Of a stretch of DNA of 64,000 nt, positions 31,134 through 50,439 are shown piece by piece. The notes beneath the pieces are model-generated. The model saw nothing but the letters and a program-made list of their open reading frames with translations, searched no databases and was not told the DNA's origin. The translations under genes and the position numbers were made by a program. Origin of the DNA: the human T2T-CHM13v2.0 reference genome, Homo sapiens; assembly GCF_009914755.1 (NCBI RefSeq), contig NC_060938.1; one strand, given 5' to 3'. How positions within the stretch are numbered: the first letter of the stretch is position 1; every line of letters starts with the position of its first letter.

Positions 31134-31283
31134 CTTGCTATATCCCCTCGGTAGAGAGACTTGTACTCCCAGTTCGCAGGATCTGGTTTCTTATCTGTTC
31201 TGAAGGTTTCTCCCGTCACAGCCTGAATGTCCTCAAGCCAAACAAAGCGATGTCCAGTATCAGCTGCAGCATTATTTCCTTGA
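31134..31283 (-). CDS. NRDE2: NRDE2 exon 4 (QGNNAAAD...FRTDKKPDPANWEYKSLYRGDIAR; start of the MTR4/MTREX-interacting region)
   Basis: Acceptor ccacag|T, donor AAG|GTAGTC; 150 nt. Confidence 0.95.
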
Positions 31284-31842
31284 CTGTGGGACAAAGGAAG
31301 AAGAAGAAGGGAGAGGCACTTTAAAAAATCTTCCAGTGACGCAGGTGGCATTTTCAGCAATATGAGAGTTAAACACTTCAAACTCCACATGGCATCAAAC
31401 ACACCTAAGCACATTAAATGTACATGTGCCACAGAGATGGAAGAGGACTCTAGCTCTGGGCAAAGAGTTTTAAAAAATAAAGCAAAACCTGTCACCACTA
31501 AATGACACTCTACCAACAAAAGAAGTCTTCCTATCTCAAAAATTAACCTGAAGAATATAGGTATACAGCAGTTCTTTTAAAATATTTCATTTAGATTACT
31601 GTAACCTGAATTTCAAATATATTTATAAACAAGGTCTTTTCCTAAAAAGTATTCCTGCTCTGAGGCACCTTAGAGGGCTAGGCAGAGGGAACTCCCACAC
31701 CTCCAAAGGTGACAACACCAATAATCAAGTGTGCTGCCCTAACTTCGCCTAACTTACTTGAAAGTGCCTAGATACTTATTCCAACTCAAAACTTCTCTAA
31801 AAAGCCATGGTTCTGAACTGCTCAGCCTCCAACATCACTTAG

Positions 31843-32164
<322 letters not shown>

Positions 32165-33627
32165 TCAGCCTCATTTTTATGGTCTGGACTCTGTATTCGC
32201 TGTTTTGCTTATACATCTGGACCTCGTAAATAAAGGGCAGAATCACGAGGCTCCCCTGAAGACAAGACCCTAATGTATCTCTCTGAACCAATGTGTAGGC
32301 TGGCAGACTTTCAGCTCAGATCCAAAAGGAACCACTCCCGGGGCGTTAAGTGAGAGGGAGGGAAGGTTTCTCTGGCATCTAACATCTTCTTCCTCTAAAG
32401 AAAATCAGTTCATAATGCTGCTGACACAAGAAGGTGACAAAGTAGTCAAAACAGCCATTAACTGTTGTTCCATCTCTGCTTTTCAGCTCTGCCCAGGTAC
32501 AAATAAAGATTTTGGAGGCTTCTTAATTATTCTTGGCAGGGAATATAAGGGAATGGCATTTCAGGAACACTAAGTAGCTATTCAATAAATAGTTGTTGAA
32601 TGATGAGCCTCAGGTTAATGTATGGAGATTTTAACACATTTCCCAACTGCAGAGGGCTTCCTGTCTACAAAAACCATAACGGGCAATGAAAAGATGGAGA
32701 GCCTACTGCAAACTGATTGATGCATTTGAGAAATAAATGGAAAGCCAACTGGGAGAAAAAAAGGAGAAGCCAGCTGCAGACCGCCCCTGAGGAGTCAACA
32801 GGCCCTTTCCTCTCCCCTCGGCGGTACTGAGCTAAGGAAGCAGGATATGGTAGTCTGGGCTGTGTGCAAGGAAGGAGCTGCCTCCACCTGAAGGTGAGGG
32901 AAAGCTCATCCCAGAAACTCAAGGTCAATTAGTAGCTGTGGCCTCTGGGGAAGTCATTTGTCATCACCCTGAAACAGAGTCTCATAGGGTCTGCTACCCT
33001 CACGAACCCACTTTCCTGACATCACAGAAAGACTCTCACAATTCACTAATATTGTAGTCCTTGTCTATGTGGAAATAAATAATTCTTCCAGGTCACCTTC
33101 TTGGGAAGAGAATACATAAGTTAATAACAAGACAGTAAAAGAGAAGGACAAGAACAATCTTAATAAGGATATTCTATAAAATATCAATAAACTTAAAAAT
33201 GCTATCTGGATCATAAAACTATCAAGAGGCTGTAAAGATTCCCTGACATGATTAAGCATAGGCTGAAATTAACTATCCTTCAAGTTCTAAAGATAGTTCC
33301 TGTGTGGTTTCAGGAAATCCTTTAAAACTCATTTTCCCCAGCTATAAAAAAGGACAAGTAGCTAGAAGGTGAGTTTTGGGAAGACGTAACAATTAAAGTA
33401 GCTTGCTTTAAAGACACAGTAAAAGGTAAGGACACCAATAACATATTCATTCATTCATGTAACAAAAACAAATTCAGTGCTTACTCTGTAATGGGCCCTG
33501 TGCACCACGTGCTGTGGGAATATGGTGGTAAGCAAGACAGGCCTGATTCCTACCCTCAAAAATTCAGTCAAATTCAGAACCTTTTTGCCGGACTGCTTTA
33601 TTTTTTCCTCTAAAGAGCAAGCTTGGG

Positions 33628-34168
<541 letters not shown>

Positions 34169-34358
34169 TTAGAGATGTTCTAGACAGGTACCTAAGTTTT
34201 CTCCCTTCTAGACCATATGAGCAAATAAAGGAGAAAGTTAAATGAGCAATAATTCAGGTAGTTTCACCATATACCACCTGTCCCACCTACACGCAAATAC
34301 CCCTCTACTTAGGAAGACATTCAACTAGGCACAGAGAAAAGGCTGTATTGAGCACCTA

Positions 34359-34815
<457 letters not shown>

Positions 34816-35316
34816 TTAAACAAATATGAAAAAGAAAAGGAAAAGGACAAATGTAACAATTATTTAAGTGCTACGTTAATCTTAAAGTGTGTGTGATCAT
34901 GTATACACACAGGAGTTGATAGGAGTGACTGAATGAAAGATATATCAAGGCAGAGAAAGAAGATGTTTCTCCTACCCAGAGTGTGGAGACCCACGGCCCT
35001 CAGAGAGGGAACCGTTATCTATGTGATAACGGCACTGACTCACAGACCCACTGTGGCACATCTGCCATCTTTTGAAAATCCCAAAGACTTTTTGTCTAAA
35101 AGAGATTCACACAATCATTACTGTGTCTAAATAACATTTCTCAAATAAAATCGTGTCCCTAATTTTTCTCCTTCTCTTTTTTAAGCTGATATAATGGTAG
35201 AGCTCTCTTCCGACTGAGTGACTAAATGGTTATTCAAATATCTAATTTGCGGCAACAATTAAGGGAGAAAAACTCAAGACTTAAAATATCATAGGTGCTT
35301 GAGAACAGCAACCTAC

Positions 35317-35550
35317 TTCGGTTCCTCAGATTCCTTTTTACTGCCTCCAACGCCTCTGGAAGGTTTGTCCTTTTCAGAATCGGTGTCTGTCTCAGACCTG
35401 CTGCTACTCGACGGCCCATGCTTCCTCTTTGTTTTCTTATGATGCTGATGCTTCCTTTTTTTCTTTTTCTCTTTCTTCTTTTTTCTACTTGTTTGTTTGA
35501 GCTTTTTGTTAGTGTCACTTTCATCTGAAGACTCTGATTTCAGATGACTC
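35317..35550 (-). CDS. NRDE2: NRDE2 exon 3 (Ser/Lys-rich, KKKKEKKKKRK NLS-like stretch)
   Basis: Acceptor aaacag|G, donor GAA|GTAGGT; 234 nt; overlaps ORF 35313..35567. Confidence 0.95.
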
Positions 35551-35867
35551 CTGTTTGGGAAAATCAACTTTAAAATTACTTTCTAAAAAGATGTAGGAAA
35601 AATAATACTATGTAAATAAGTCAACAAATATTTAAGATGGAACTATATAAATGTTCACACAGATTTACTATTTGCCCATATATTACACAGTAACTTACTG
35701 GATTACACCTCACCTGCAAGACTTAGGAATTGGATCTAAAATAATAACAGGTGAAGAAATTCCAATTTTAATAGTTTCTAAACCTATACTTTCTTATTTA
35801 TACATCTTTAAATGAAAGTAACCTACCACTTAACAAATATAGTATTTTTAAGACATTATTAAAGGTT

Positions 35868-36010
35868 GGCTGGGTGTGGTTACTCATGCCTATAATCCTA
35901 GCACTTTGGGAGGCCAAGGCAAGAGGACTGCTGAAGGTGCTTGGGAGTTTGAGACAAGCCTGGGCAACGTAGCAAGACCTCATCTTTATTTTAAAAATAA
36001 TAATAATAAT
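35868..36010 (+). mobile_element. FLAM / Alu left monomer
   Basis: Single monomer with (AAT)n tail. Confidence 0.75.
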
Positions 36011-36743
36011 TTTCAAAAAAAATCATTATAAAAAGGTTTATTTTCAGTGCCACATATTATGTCAACATGTTGTTAATAAAAAAACCAAAACATTTAATTG
36101 TGGTCCTTGTTTTTGGAGATGACAATGAGCTCTTCTTCCTCATTACTGAAATATCTAATATCTACCAACTTCCTCTCATACATCAACTCTTCTCAATTTC
36201 CAAAGGCTTCTTACACATTTAGAGTACCGGGTTTCACAACCTATTCACCCTATTAATGAAATCTAGTCTGTATTTGTAAGACAGCTTATTTCTCAGTTCA
36301 ATGATCTAAAACAAAATTCTTTCACAGCTGAGGAGAGATGTGTGCCATCTTGCTTTCCCTGACGTTTTGATGCCATTTTTAATCTTATACAAGCTCCCTC
36401 TCTATTTTTACAAAAGGGTTGAAAATGTAACTAAAAAAATACCTGAATTATGATGTTCTAAAGGTTACTAATGAGGCTAGTAAAGTTACTCGAGAATCAC
36501 AATGATGCCATTTCCCTCTTGGCCTAATTACAGGCACTAACTGTGTCATGTACTTGCCACTGCAAAGCAAAGAAAAAAAAAAGAATACAAGAGGTAAGGG
36601 AAAATAGTCAAAGATCACCTTATTACTTTAAGTAAGAGTTTTACATACCTCTTTTATTAGAGTTTTCTAAGGAGCTTCATTTCAGCTAAGCTATAGACAG
36701 TAAACTGACAAAAACGAAAACACATCTGTCAAACAAAAACTAC

Positions 36744-36852
36744 CTTGTCAGCGGTAACCCTTCAGAAACATGGGCTGGAGCTGCTTCAGTTTGTTGGCTC
36801 AGGGACGTTATGGATCCAACACAAAAGCTTGGGTTGCTCAGCCAGTCTAACT
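36744..36852 (-). CDS. NRDE2: NRDE2 exon 2 (ELDWLSNPSFC...EGLPLTR)
   Basis: Acceptor gtgcag|AG, donor AAG|GTAGTT; 109 nt; keeps frame between exons 1 and 3; absent from the ORF track. Confidence 0.94.
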
Positions 36853-37256
36853 CTGCACAGGCAAAAGGAGAAAAGATCAATGAAATTAGTTCAATATGAT
36901 TCTAAAGCAGGAGATCTATCCATCTTATCAGCTGACATCCTAATTCACAGCCAATGCCAGCCAGACGTTTTGAACAGTCAGTCCAAAGTCCACAGAAGCT
37001 GAACAGAATCCATGAAATTTTTATTTCACAGGGCATGGCTTTAATACCCTCTAAAATATTCTAGACCAAAATCCTTCCGTGATATCAAACTGCAGCTTAA
37101 GCAAAAGCCATGTAACAAGTACGGGCTAAAAGGCAACAAGGCATTTTGCATTCCATCCATCCACACTGTCTAATGAGTGTGAATGCTTCCAAAGCATTAG
37201 GTTTTTATGACCTCAAATTTGATTCAGACAATTCCTAAAAGTTAAAAGATCAAATC

Positions 37257-37560
37257 GGCTGGGTATGGTGGCTCATGCCTGTAATCCCAGCACTTTGGGA
37301 GGCTGAGGAGGGCAGATCACCTGAGGTCGGGAGTTTGACACCAGCCTGGCCAACACGGTGAAAAACCATCTCTACTAAAAATAAAAAAATTAGCCGGGTG
37401 TGGTAGCACACGCCTGTAATCCCAGCTACTCGGGAGGCTGAGGCAGGAGATTGCTTGAACCTGGGAGGCAGAGGTTGCAGTGAGCCGGTATCACGCCACT
37501 GCACTCCAGCATGGATGACAGAGTTAGACTCCATCTCAAACAAAACAAAACAAAACAAAA
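37257..37560 (+). mobile_element. Alu (S-like) with (CAAAA)n tail
   Basis: Full-length. Confidence 0.9.
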
Positions 37561-38044
37561 GCAAATCAAATCATGCATAAAAGCCCACCATGCTTAATAT
37601 TATTACAGAAGATTAAGATCTTTTAAAAAATATTCCATGTTCTACCTTAGTACACTAACTTAACAAACTTTTCCTTATAATAGTACTCTTCTTTGGAAAT
37701 AAAAACCTAAGATGTTAACTTTTAATGCTAAAATTATATAAATGTGAATACTGTGATGATTATCTCTAGGTGATTACATTAAATGTCTAAAGATTTTCTT
37801 CTTTCTGCTTACCCCTAATTTCTTACTTTTCTACAGTGAACGATTTCTAAATTACTTATTTTCTAACTTTTAGGAGTCTTAGCTGTGAAGGGAAGAAAAA
37901 AAACATGGGATGGCAGCAGCAAGGGAGCCCACGGGGGGTTTGTATTTTGTCCTGTTTTGTTTGGATGGGAGGCCAGAGCTTATTCATATCCTAAAGAGGA
38001 AGAACCCGTTAAATGGTTGAAGGTACAAAAGAGGAGGGTGACTG

Positions 38045-38895
38045 CATTTTTGAACAGTTTTATTGAGATATAATTTACATACCATAACTCAGCCATTAGT
38101 CATGTACAATTTAACAGATTTTTAGTATATTTACAGAGTTGTGTGGTCATCTTCATAACTTTAGAACATTTTCATCATCCCAAAACAAAACCTCAGACCT
38201 ATTAGCAGTCCACTCCTATCACCCACCTCCTGTTTCCCTGCCCCGCCCACCTCACCCCTAGCCAAACACTAACCTGCTTTCTATCTCTCTAGATTTGCCT
38301 ATTTTGGACATTTAATATAAATAAGCTCATATAATATACGTGGTCTTTTGTAACTTACCACAATGTTTTCAAGGTTCATCCATGCTGTAGTGTGTATCAC
38401 TACCTCATTCGTTTTTATTGTCAAATATCTCATTTTATGGATTTACCACATTTTACCTGTCCATTAGTTGATGAACACTTGGGTTATTTCTTCTTTTTAG
38501 CTAATATGAATACTACTACTCTGAATATTCATGTACAAGTTTTCATATGGACACATTTTCATTTCTCCTGAGTGGATACCTAGGAGCGGAATTGCTGGGT
38601 GATATGGTAACTCATATTTAACATTTTGAGGAAATGCCAGATTGTTTTCCAAAGTAGCTGTACCATTTTAGATTCTCAATAACAATGTATAAGAATTCCA
38701 GTTTCTCCATATCCTTTTTTGTCATATTATCTTTTTTATTATAGTCACCCTAGTGGGTATGATGTGTCATCTTGCTGTAGTTTTGATTTCCATTTCCCTA
38801 ATGACTAATGATGCTGAACATCTTTTCATGTGTTTATTAGCCATTCACAGATCTTCTTTGCAGAAGTTCTTTATTCTGGGTACTAGCTCCTTAAG
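38045..38895 (-). mobile_element. L1MB-like 3' fragment
   Basis: TTTATTGAGATATAATTTACATACCATAA..., CCTAGGAGCGGAATTGCTGGG and ATTTCCCTAATGACTAATGATGCTGAACATC. Confidence 0.8.
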
Positions 38896-38900
38896 TAACT

Positions 38901-39279
38901 GTATTAGTCCGTTCTCACACTGCTATAAAGAAATACCCAAGACTGGGTAATTTATAAAGGAAAGAGGTTTAATTGACTCGTAGTTCCACATAGCTGGGGA
39001 GGCCTCAGGAAACTTACAATCATGGTGGAAGGTGAAGAGGAAGCAAGGACCTTCTTGATGTGGTGGCAACAGAGGAAAGAGTAAAGAGCAAAGGGGGAAG
39101 AGCCCCTTATAAAACCATCAGATCTCATGAGAACTCACTCACTATCGTGAGAACAGCATGGGGCGAACTGCCCCCAGGATCCAATCACCTCCCACCAGTT
39201 CCTCCCTTGACACATGGGGATTATAGGGATTACAATTCAAGATGAGATTTGCAGGGGCACACAGAGCCAAACCATATCA
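38901..39279 (-). mobile_element. MSTA/THE1-like MaLR solo LTR
   Basis: GTATTAGTCCGTTCTCACACTGCTATAAAG...GCCAAACCATATCA. Confidence 0.85.
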
Positions 39280-39976
39280 GTATTTGCATCTTAGTATGGA
39301 GGAGATACCATAATGTATGCTTCCTGACAACAGGTACTGTTTTAATCACTGGCTTATAGTAAGTGTTCAACAAATACTTGTGAGAAAGAAGGAAAAGAGG
39401 AAGGAAGGAAAATCCCAAAGAAAGAAAGGCATATTAAACAGCACAGAAAAAAGGGAAAGAAGTGACAGGTTCCAACTTAAGTGCCTACAGCAGGCCAAAC
39501 ACCAGGCTAAGAACTTACATCCTTTTCATCTTTTAATCCTCACAACAAGGCTCTATGGGAGGTATTATGATCACCATTTTATAGAAGAGGAAACTAAGAC
39601 TCAAAGGGGTTAAGTAATTAGTAATGTCATACCTAGTAAATGTTAAACAACTGCTCATGCAACCTTCTACTCTCTTTTTCCTTCTGAGGTTGGTTCCCTT
39701 CATTTGGGCCTAATTCCTGGCAAAAGATATGTGAAACTAGTTCCTGTTGCTCACTGAGATCAAAATTATTTCCACAAAAATCAGATTCTATCATGAAAAA
39801 GTGGAAAAAGATGGAACAAACAGTATTCAGGAAAAGATGCTCTCAAACAATTCCAGTATATTTCTATATAAATATTCTAGATAGTGATGACAGCTGGAAG
39901 AAAATGTAAAGAAATACAGACATCACAACATACAGTGTGTGACTCTTCAAAGTCCTTCAGAAGACACAAGAAAGGC

Positions 39977-40325
39977 TTTTTAAATTTGAGAGATGGGGTC
40001 TTGCTGTGTTGCCCAGGATGGCCTCAAACTCCTACACTCAAGCGATCCTCCTGCTTCAGCCTCCCAAGCAGCTGGGACTATAGGCGTGCCACCACTGTGC
40101 CAGGCTTTTGAGGATACAATTGAGGCTTTGCTGTATGGCACTACTGTGGGGGAAAAAAATTCAGAAAGAAAGAAAACTTGGCCAGTATATCTATTATACT
40201 AGCACTTTGGGAAGCTGAGAAGGGAGGACCACTGGAGCCCAGGAGTTCAAACGAGCCTGGGCAACATAAGCAAGACCCCAGCTCTATTAAAAAAAAAAAA
40301 AAAAAAAGAAAAGAAAAAAAGAAAG
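39977..40325. mobile_element. Two FLAM/Alu monomers in opposite orientation
   Basis: Antisense at 39977-40105, sense at ~40190-40325. Confidence 0.7.
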
Positions 40326-43050
40326 AAAGCTCTTGGGTTTTGAACATGAATCATCATGGATCCTCTGTGACCTTCATGCCAATCAAATGACCTCCTGTGG
40401 AGCAAAAGGTATTTTCATCTGACAAGAAGCTCTGTTTTGCTTTATTTTTTGATAGCATATTAGCAGTGCACATGCAGGGAATACTAGAAGTAATAATCAC
40501 TGTATGGTAGGCTTGGAAAGATTTTGGAAGTCCTCTAGTCCATGGACTTCCAAACTTTTCTTAGCCAAGGAACTCACTTCAAACAGAATCTTCCACAGAA
40601 GTCCAACATGAAGAACAGAAAAGGCAGGGATGCTCTCTAGTTGGGAGTTCAGAGGGAGGGGCTGGGTCTGAGATGGCTCTTCAGAGCACAGCCTGGACAC
40701 CACCCCCTCCCCTATAGACCAACAGCTGGAGGCCCAGCTGTGGCCAAGGGCAAGCATCTGAACCTGAATCTGTGACTCTTCATCCAGTTCTCTCCACCCC
40801 ACGCCACGGAGCTTCTCTTCACTTCCTCAACTAAGGAGGCTGGTTCTCCTAAAGTCTCCCTGCAATTAGTACACGGGGCTCTTACGGCAATCTTCACATT
40901 GTAATCTCATTATCTTCCCACTATACTCTAAGCCAAGGGTCAAAAACTCAAATCCTTATAGGGACCAGATTAGTAATGACTACTGTGATACTACAGAAGT
41001 GGCAAAAGAAAAAATAAACACCAACTAGCTTACAACTCTTATATCCCAGTTTCTAGCTCCCTCCCCTCCTCCCACCTGTCACTTCCCAAACTCCATGAGG
41101 GCAGGGCCATGACTATTCACTACTGTATTCCCAACTCCTAGCACAGTGCCTTGGTACAAAGCAAATGGACTCAATAAATACCTGTTGAATAAATAAAATG
41201 AATGAGGATATGCACCATATCTTTGCATGTTTATACCCCCAACACCTAATCAAATGAACTGAAGAAATTAGAAATCTTCAAAAAAAAATCCATTATCTAG
41301 GTATAAAGTACAACTAGTGTAATTCTTCCTTTCTTCATTGTAAATGTATATTTAATCATTACATAAGTTAATGAATACCGACTACACACCCAGGCACAGG
41401 TCTAGGTACTGGGGGTATAGTGGGGAACAAGAAAGGTTCTGCTCACATGGAGTTTATAATTATAACCTTCACTGTCAAATAAAAACTTGCATTGTTAAAT
41501 TCAATTTTAATTCAACAGAATTCTGGAGAGAGTTATCTGAGATGAAAAGATGCTTTATTAATCAGACTGCAAAGTCATTTTCAACAGTTACATCCTCACA
41601 TAATTTACATACTTGATAGATATAAAATGTGTACATAGATAATTGTGCCAATACTAAGCAAGATGTAACATTTATAGAGAAGACCAGCAGCACACCAAAT
41701 GCCTACGGTTTAAGAAAGAGAATCCCACTGGCTGACAAGGCTTTTGTCCTTGCAGGTTAGTAAATTACGAGTTGGAATGTGCCTGGAAATTAACACTCTG
41801 CCATACATTGTATTATGCATACACACCAAGAAATGTGGAAACATCAGGCAGAAAAACCACTTTAGAACTACCGCCTAACAAAAATAGGCAGGTGTCTGGT
41901 AGAAATGTAGCATGTATAAATTTTCAGGGTAATTTAACAGAAAATAATATAATGAATCATCGCTGAATAATTTAAGCTCAAATACTTTTTATGAACATTT
42001 ATTATGTAACCCTATTTCTCTACCACTAGTAAAAATGCTTTAATTTAATTCTATTACACATAGAGGGAGGAAGGAATTGCCATGAAAAGATTTGAACTTT
42101 AAAATATATTTTTAACTATAATTGGATAAAATATCCAAGTTCTACATCCATTCCCCTTCTATTATAATGAAATAGCACTGATTACTAGTTTGTTTAAGTG
42201 AACTCAGAGGTAAGTGCTCCTCCTGAGATGGTAATTCAAAAAACATTTCTAGGGCCAAGTGTATAAATAAAGTAGTGTATATATTATGGAAGAAGATTTG
42301 TTCCTTTAAAATGAGTAAGTCTAACAAAGGATCTGGGAGTACAAACCTATTTATACAAAAAGCACCAGCAAACATGGCTGAGAACTGCATTTAAGATGAT
42401 TATTACAGAGAACCTGAGCAAATTCAGCCCTTCCATGGAGTTAACCTACAATTTGAAGAGGCCCAGGAATTCCAAAGGTATTATATAAAGGACCAAAACC
42501 CAATGTTCTAATATCGTAGCATGGCTTATAACACAAGCTCTGTACGTAGAAGAACTTGTATTCAAACTGGCTGTTTCTTGGTTGTGCAACTCTGAACAAA
42601 ATAATTTATCTGAGTCTCTTTTTTTTTATTCCGTAATTTTTTACTGACAGCCAAGTACTGGTCTAGGTGCTAGGAATGCACGATGAATAAGACAAACCCA
42701 ACACTACCCTCATGGAGCTGCCCTACTAGCAGTCACTTCTATGCAACGTGACAAATGCAAAGAGAGAGAAAATAGGGAATAATGACAGCACGCTCTCTAA
42801 TTCAAACAAGGTCTGGATCAGAGAAAGCTAACTGAGAAAATCTCTCAGCTAAGATCTAAAGGAGGAGGAGTGAAGGAAATATGCTCCTAGAAAGTGTTTG
42901 GGAAATAGACAGTGAGAAATAGGAGAAGCGATTGTGGCTTGGCCATTGGGACTGAGGGGAAATGGGGGCAAAATGAAGCAGGAGAGGTAGGGCCTTAAAA
43001 AACATGTTTGAGAGCTTGGCATTACCCTAAGAGCAATGGGCAGATGGTCA

Positions 43051-43512
<462 letters not shown>

Positions 43513-44253
43513 TTACTGGTTCCCTCTGTGCGTACATTTGAACAGCACTAACTTCATAGAGTTGTTACGTGCATTCAATAAGTTAGTATTTGTAAGGCAT
43601 TTAAACCAGTGAATGGCACATAGTGTTTTTAAATAAGGACATTTAAAAGTTCTTGCAACAGTGTGGAGAGTGGCTCAGGGAGCAATGGCAGGACTAACGG
43701 CGGGGACGCTATTTTAGGAGGCTGTTGTAGTAATCTAGGAGACGATGACGGCAAAAGTTAGGTAATGGTAGTGAGACTATGAAGAAACTAAGGACTTTCA
43801 GAGTTGTTTGGAAGGACTAAAGAATTGAATGGGTGGAAGTGGGGAGTCAAGGTACGTGTCTAAGTTTTGGTTTGGGTGAATGGTAGTGCCATTTTTTGAT
43901 TTGTGGACACGGGAAGAAAAAGGTTTGGGGGAAAAAGATAATGTGTTTAGTTTCTTCCCCAAATATGGATAATATGTCTGCTTCATATAATATGAAGATT
44001 AAATAAACTAATATACCATCTTCCATTCCAAATCTGTCAAATATTTGATTCCCAAGCAACAATGTTCTAGGGTACACGATCCTAGTCAACAATCTGAGGG
44101 TAGGAAGAAAAGCTCCAGAACTGAAGGGGTCAGATGCTGGGCACTCTCTGCTGCTCCTGACACAATGGCTGCTCCTATTCTTGTTTCCTGAAAGAATGAA
44201 TTTTACTAAACATAGTCCCACCAGACTCCTTACTGAATGTGATGCCTACTTAA

Positions 44254-44565
<312 letters not shown>

Positions 44566-44951
44566 CTTGGCCTAACTTTTAATGGTAGCCAGAAAGAGGA
44601 GAACAGCACCCCTCTCACTCATTTTGGTATTGGCTGTCTTTCCTGTCCAGGAGTTTAACGTTTTTTTTAATTGAAACTCTGCACCCACTTCTTGCTAACA
44701 CTATTTTCCATTTTTATAACATTTTTTATACTGTAAGGCAAAAAGTACACTGCTTCTATTTATAACAGCCAAAGACTGGAAAGAGTCCAAATGTCCTTAA
44801 TAGGGGACTGGTTGAATAAAGCATGTGACAGCCACACGATGGAGTTCTGTGCACTAGTAAAAAGAAATGAGGAAGATCTCTATAGAGTGTAGAGCGATCT
44901 CCAGGATCTAAGGTAAAATGCAGAATAGTATGCATTTAAGAAAGAGAGGGA

Positions 44952-45257
<306 letters not shown>

Positions 45258-46006
45258 GAGAGAGGGAAAATGTAGTTGCTCTTATAGAAGGGAGGGAAAA
45301 AAAATGGGAGGATACCATGGGCTAATGAAAATGTTAGTCTGCAGGGGAAGGAAAGTGACAGGTTGGAGAAACAGAGATGGAAGGTTTTTCTCCTCTGAAT
45401 ATACCTGGTTTACAATCTCAACGTTAGGCTAAGCATTTTACATCATTATAAAACAAAATCAAATTAAAAAGAAAAACAATCCCTAAAAATGGAAAATATT
45501 TATATCACCATATATCAAACTGGTGGTAAAACCACACAGGGAATTGTTTCAAGTGATTTTCAAACTCAGTAAATTGACCGCATATCCACTGTGGGCCATG
45601 TCCTTAAAACAAATAGAACCATAAAAAAATCTGAAACTGTTAGTATTAGTCACATTAATACTGTTATTTTGAACAAATAAAGAAATTTAAAAATTAAATC
45701 AAAGAAGTAAAAGCTTCATAATCTTACATTTGGACTGGAAATACTAATACGAATTCATGATGTATTTTTCTCTTCCTGGTTCCATCCACTGAAAAAGTCT
45801 AGAAGTAATGACAACACAGTGGTGATGATACCCCTAACAACCCAGTGTGTGGTTTTCATATATCCATATCATTTTCCACTAAAAGAAACCAGGATTCCCT
45901 GGAGAAATGGCCAACTCCAGTCCACAAGAGAAAATGTAAGTGATGATTCCTGGACATCTCTTAGGACAGAAAGCAAGAAAGCTATTAAATAAAGATGATT
46001 GGGTCA

Positions 46007-46309
46007 GGCCCGGCATGATGGCTCATGCCTGTAATCCCAGCACTCTGGGAGGCCGTGGCGGGAGCACTGCTTGAGGCCAGGAGTTCAAGATCAGCTTGAC
46101 CAATGTAGCAAGACTCTATCTCTAAAAAAATAAATGAATCAGCCAAGTGTGGTGGTGCACACTAGCAGTCCTAGCTACTCAGGAGGCTGAGACAGGCGGA
46201 CTGCTTGATCCCAGGAATTGGAGATTGTAGTGAGCTGTGATTGCGCCACTACACTCCAACCTGGGCGACAGAGTGAAACCTCATTTCTAAAAAAAGAAAA
46301 AAAAAAAAA
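46007..46309 (+). mobile_element. Alu (J-like)
   Basis: Diverged dimer. Confidence 0.88.
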
Positions 46310-46467
46310 GCCTACCTGCAATGGATTGAAATATAAACATTAAAAATTCATGACTTCATAATGAAAACAAAAAACTTCACACCTCACTGGTCACCTCTAG
46401 AAGTTACTGGGACCCCCAACTCATTATTCTGAAACTAACGAAAGGAATGAATCAAGTATTTATCCCA

Positions 46468-47067
<600 letters not shown>

Positions 47068-48154
47068 AGTATTTATCCTGTCTTTCCTGCCTAACTAAAC
47101 TGTATTCAGGGTATCCCAATAGTTCTTCATAGAATAATTGATGTTAATAAATACAGGAGGAATGATATAATTAGAAAACAACCATTTTGCAACCTCAATG
47201 AAATAATAATGAACCTAAACAATAATCATAAATGGCTGCAAAAATCATTAGGTGTAAGGTTCATGGGCTGCTTCATATGGGATGAAACAGGTTGCAAACA
47301 CATGAATCCACTGGTCAATCTTAACATCACTAAAACAGAGAACGTTAGACAGGGCATCCTCCTGAAATGATTCCATAGCAAGTGCATTGCTCCCCCAATG
47401 AGGTACTTTCAACAAAAAGATTAAATCTCAATCTAATTAATTGACTAGAGGTAAATACCAGTTTACAGGAAATACTGGAATACAGAAGCATGTTAAGTGA
47501 CACTATGAGGATTTGGTGGGAAACATTTACAGGACAAATGACACGGTTTCCTCAACAGATCGATCACATGGAATGAAGGAGAGGAAGAAACCGATTTATA
47601 CTGAAAGAGACCTAAGGCATATATCCACAAAATGCAATGTTGGCTGTATTTTGGAAATTGACTTGGACAATCCAACTGTAAAATCCCATTTTTGAAACAT
47701 CTCGTGAAATTTGAACACTGACTGGTAAGTGAAAATGACCAGAAAAGAATTAAGGCTTTTTTCCATTACAAGAGATGATGCTGTGTTTATATTTTTTCAA
47801 AAGACAATACTTTATAAAACATACTTTTACACACATTTTCCTGATTGTAGATATCCAGAGGATGTCAAATAAATACTATTTAAGAGTAAGACTCCTCTGC
47901 AAAAGTTCGATTTCCCCCTCTCAAAATAAAAGGATAAAGCTTTGACATGTTATTAAAGATCACTATCCTCCATCACCACCAGCCCAACCATATTTCCCAA
48001 GGCTCCTCTTTATGCCACTACACCTCCAGACAAACTAGATGATTTGCAGTTCTCACACTTTTCTTCTGCAGGACTTGAAGGCCCTGGTATACACTTCCCC
48101 CATTTTATTTGTCCAAATCCTACTCTCTTGAAGATCCATCCAAAACTTAGCTCC

Positions 48155-49931
<1,777 letters not shown>

Positions 49932-50439
49932 AGGATTAATTACTTCTTAAATGAACTATGTACCCCAATTTTGAACAATGCAGCTCTGCTGGAAATGTCT
50001 GGGACTTAAGTAAAATGTGTAAAGCCATAACCTGATACACACTAGGCCCTCAAGAATAAATGTTAGTTATTTTCACTGGGTGCTGTGCCCCTCCAGAGAG
50101 AAACTGATTAGGTTTTGGATACTAATCCCCTAGCTCTAGGCCGCTAAGTAATACCAATCTAATAAGCATTTCAGAAATAAGTATAACAGGAAAGGAAGTA
50201 ATATGTAATAAAAACATTCTGCATTTGCATCAAGGGTTTCCTCGAGATGTCGAGTATCATTATTCCCAATTTAAAGATGAAGTAACTGAGGCTCGAAAAG
50301 AAGAACAGGACCTAACAACATCGTACAGAAGTCCCAGCTCCAGGGCATCTGCTGGTCTTTCTCCACCCCTCCATAACTCTACAACCTTGGTCCAGAACAG
50401 GCCTCTGGGCCCCAGACCTCGGAGGGATTGAGCCTTTCC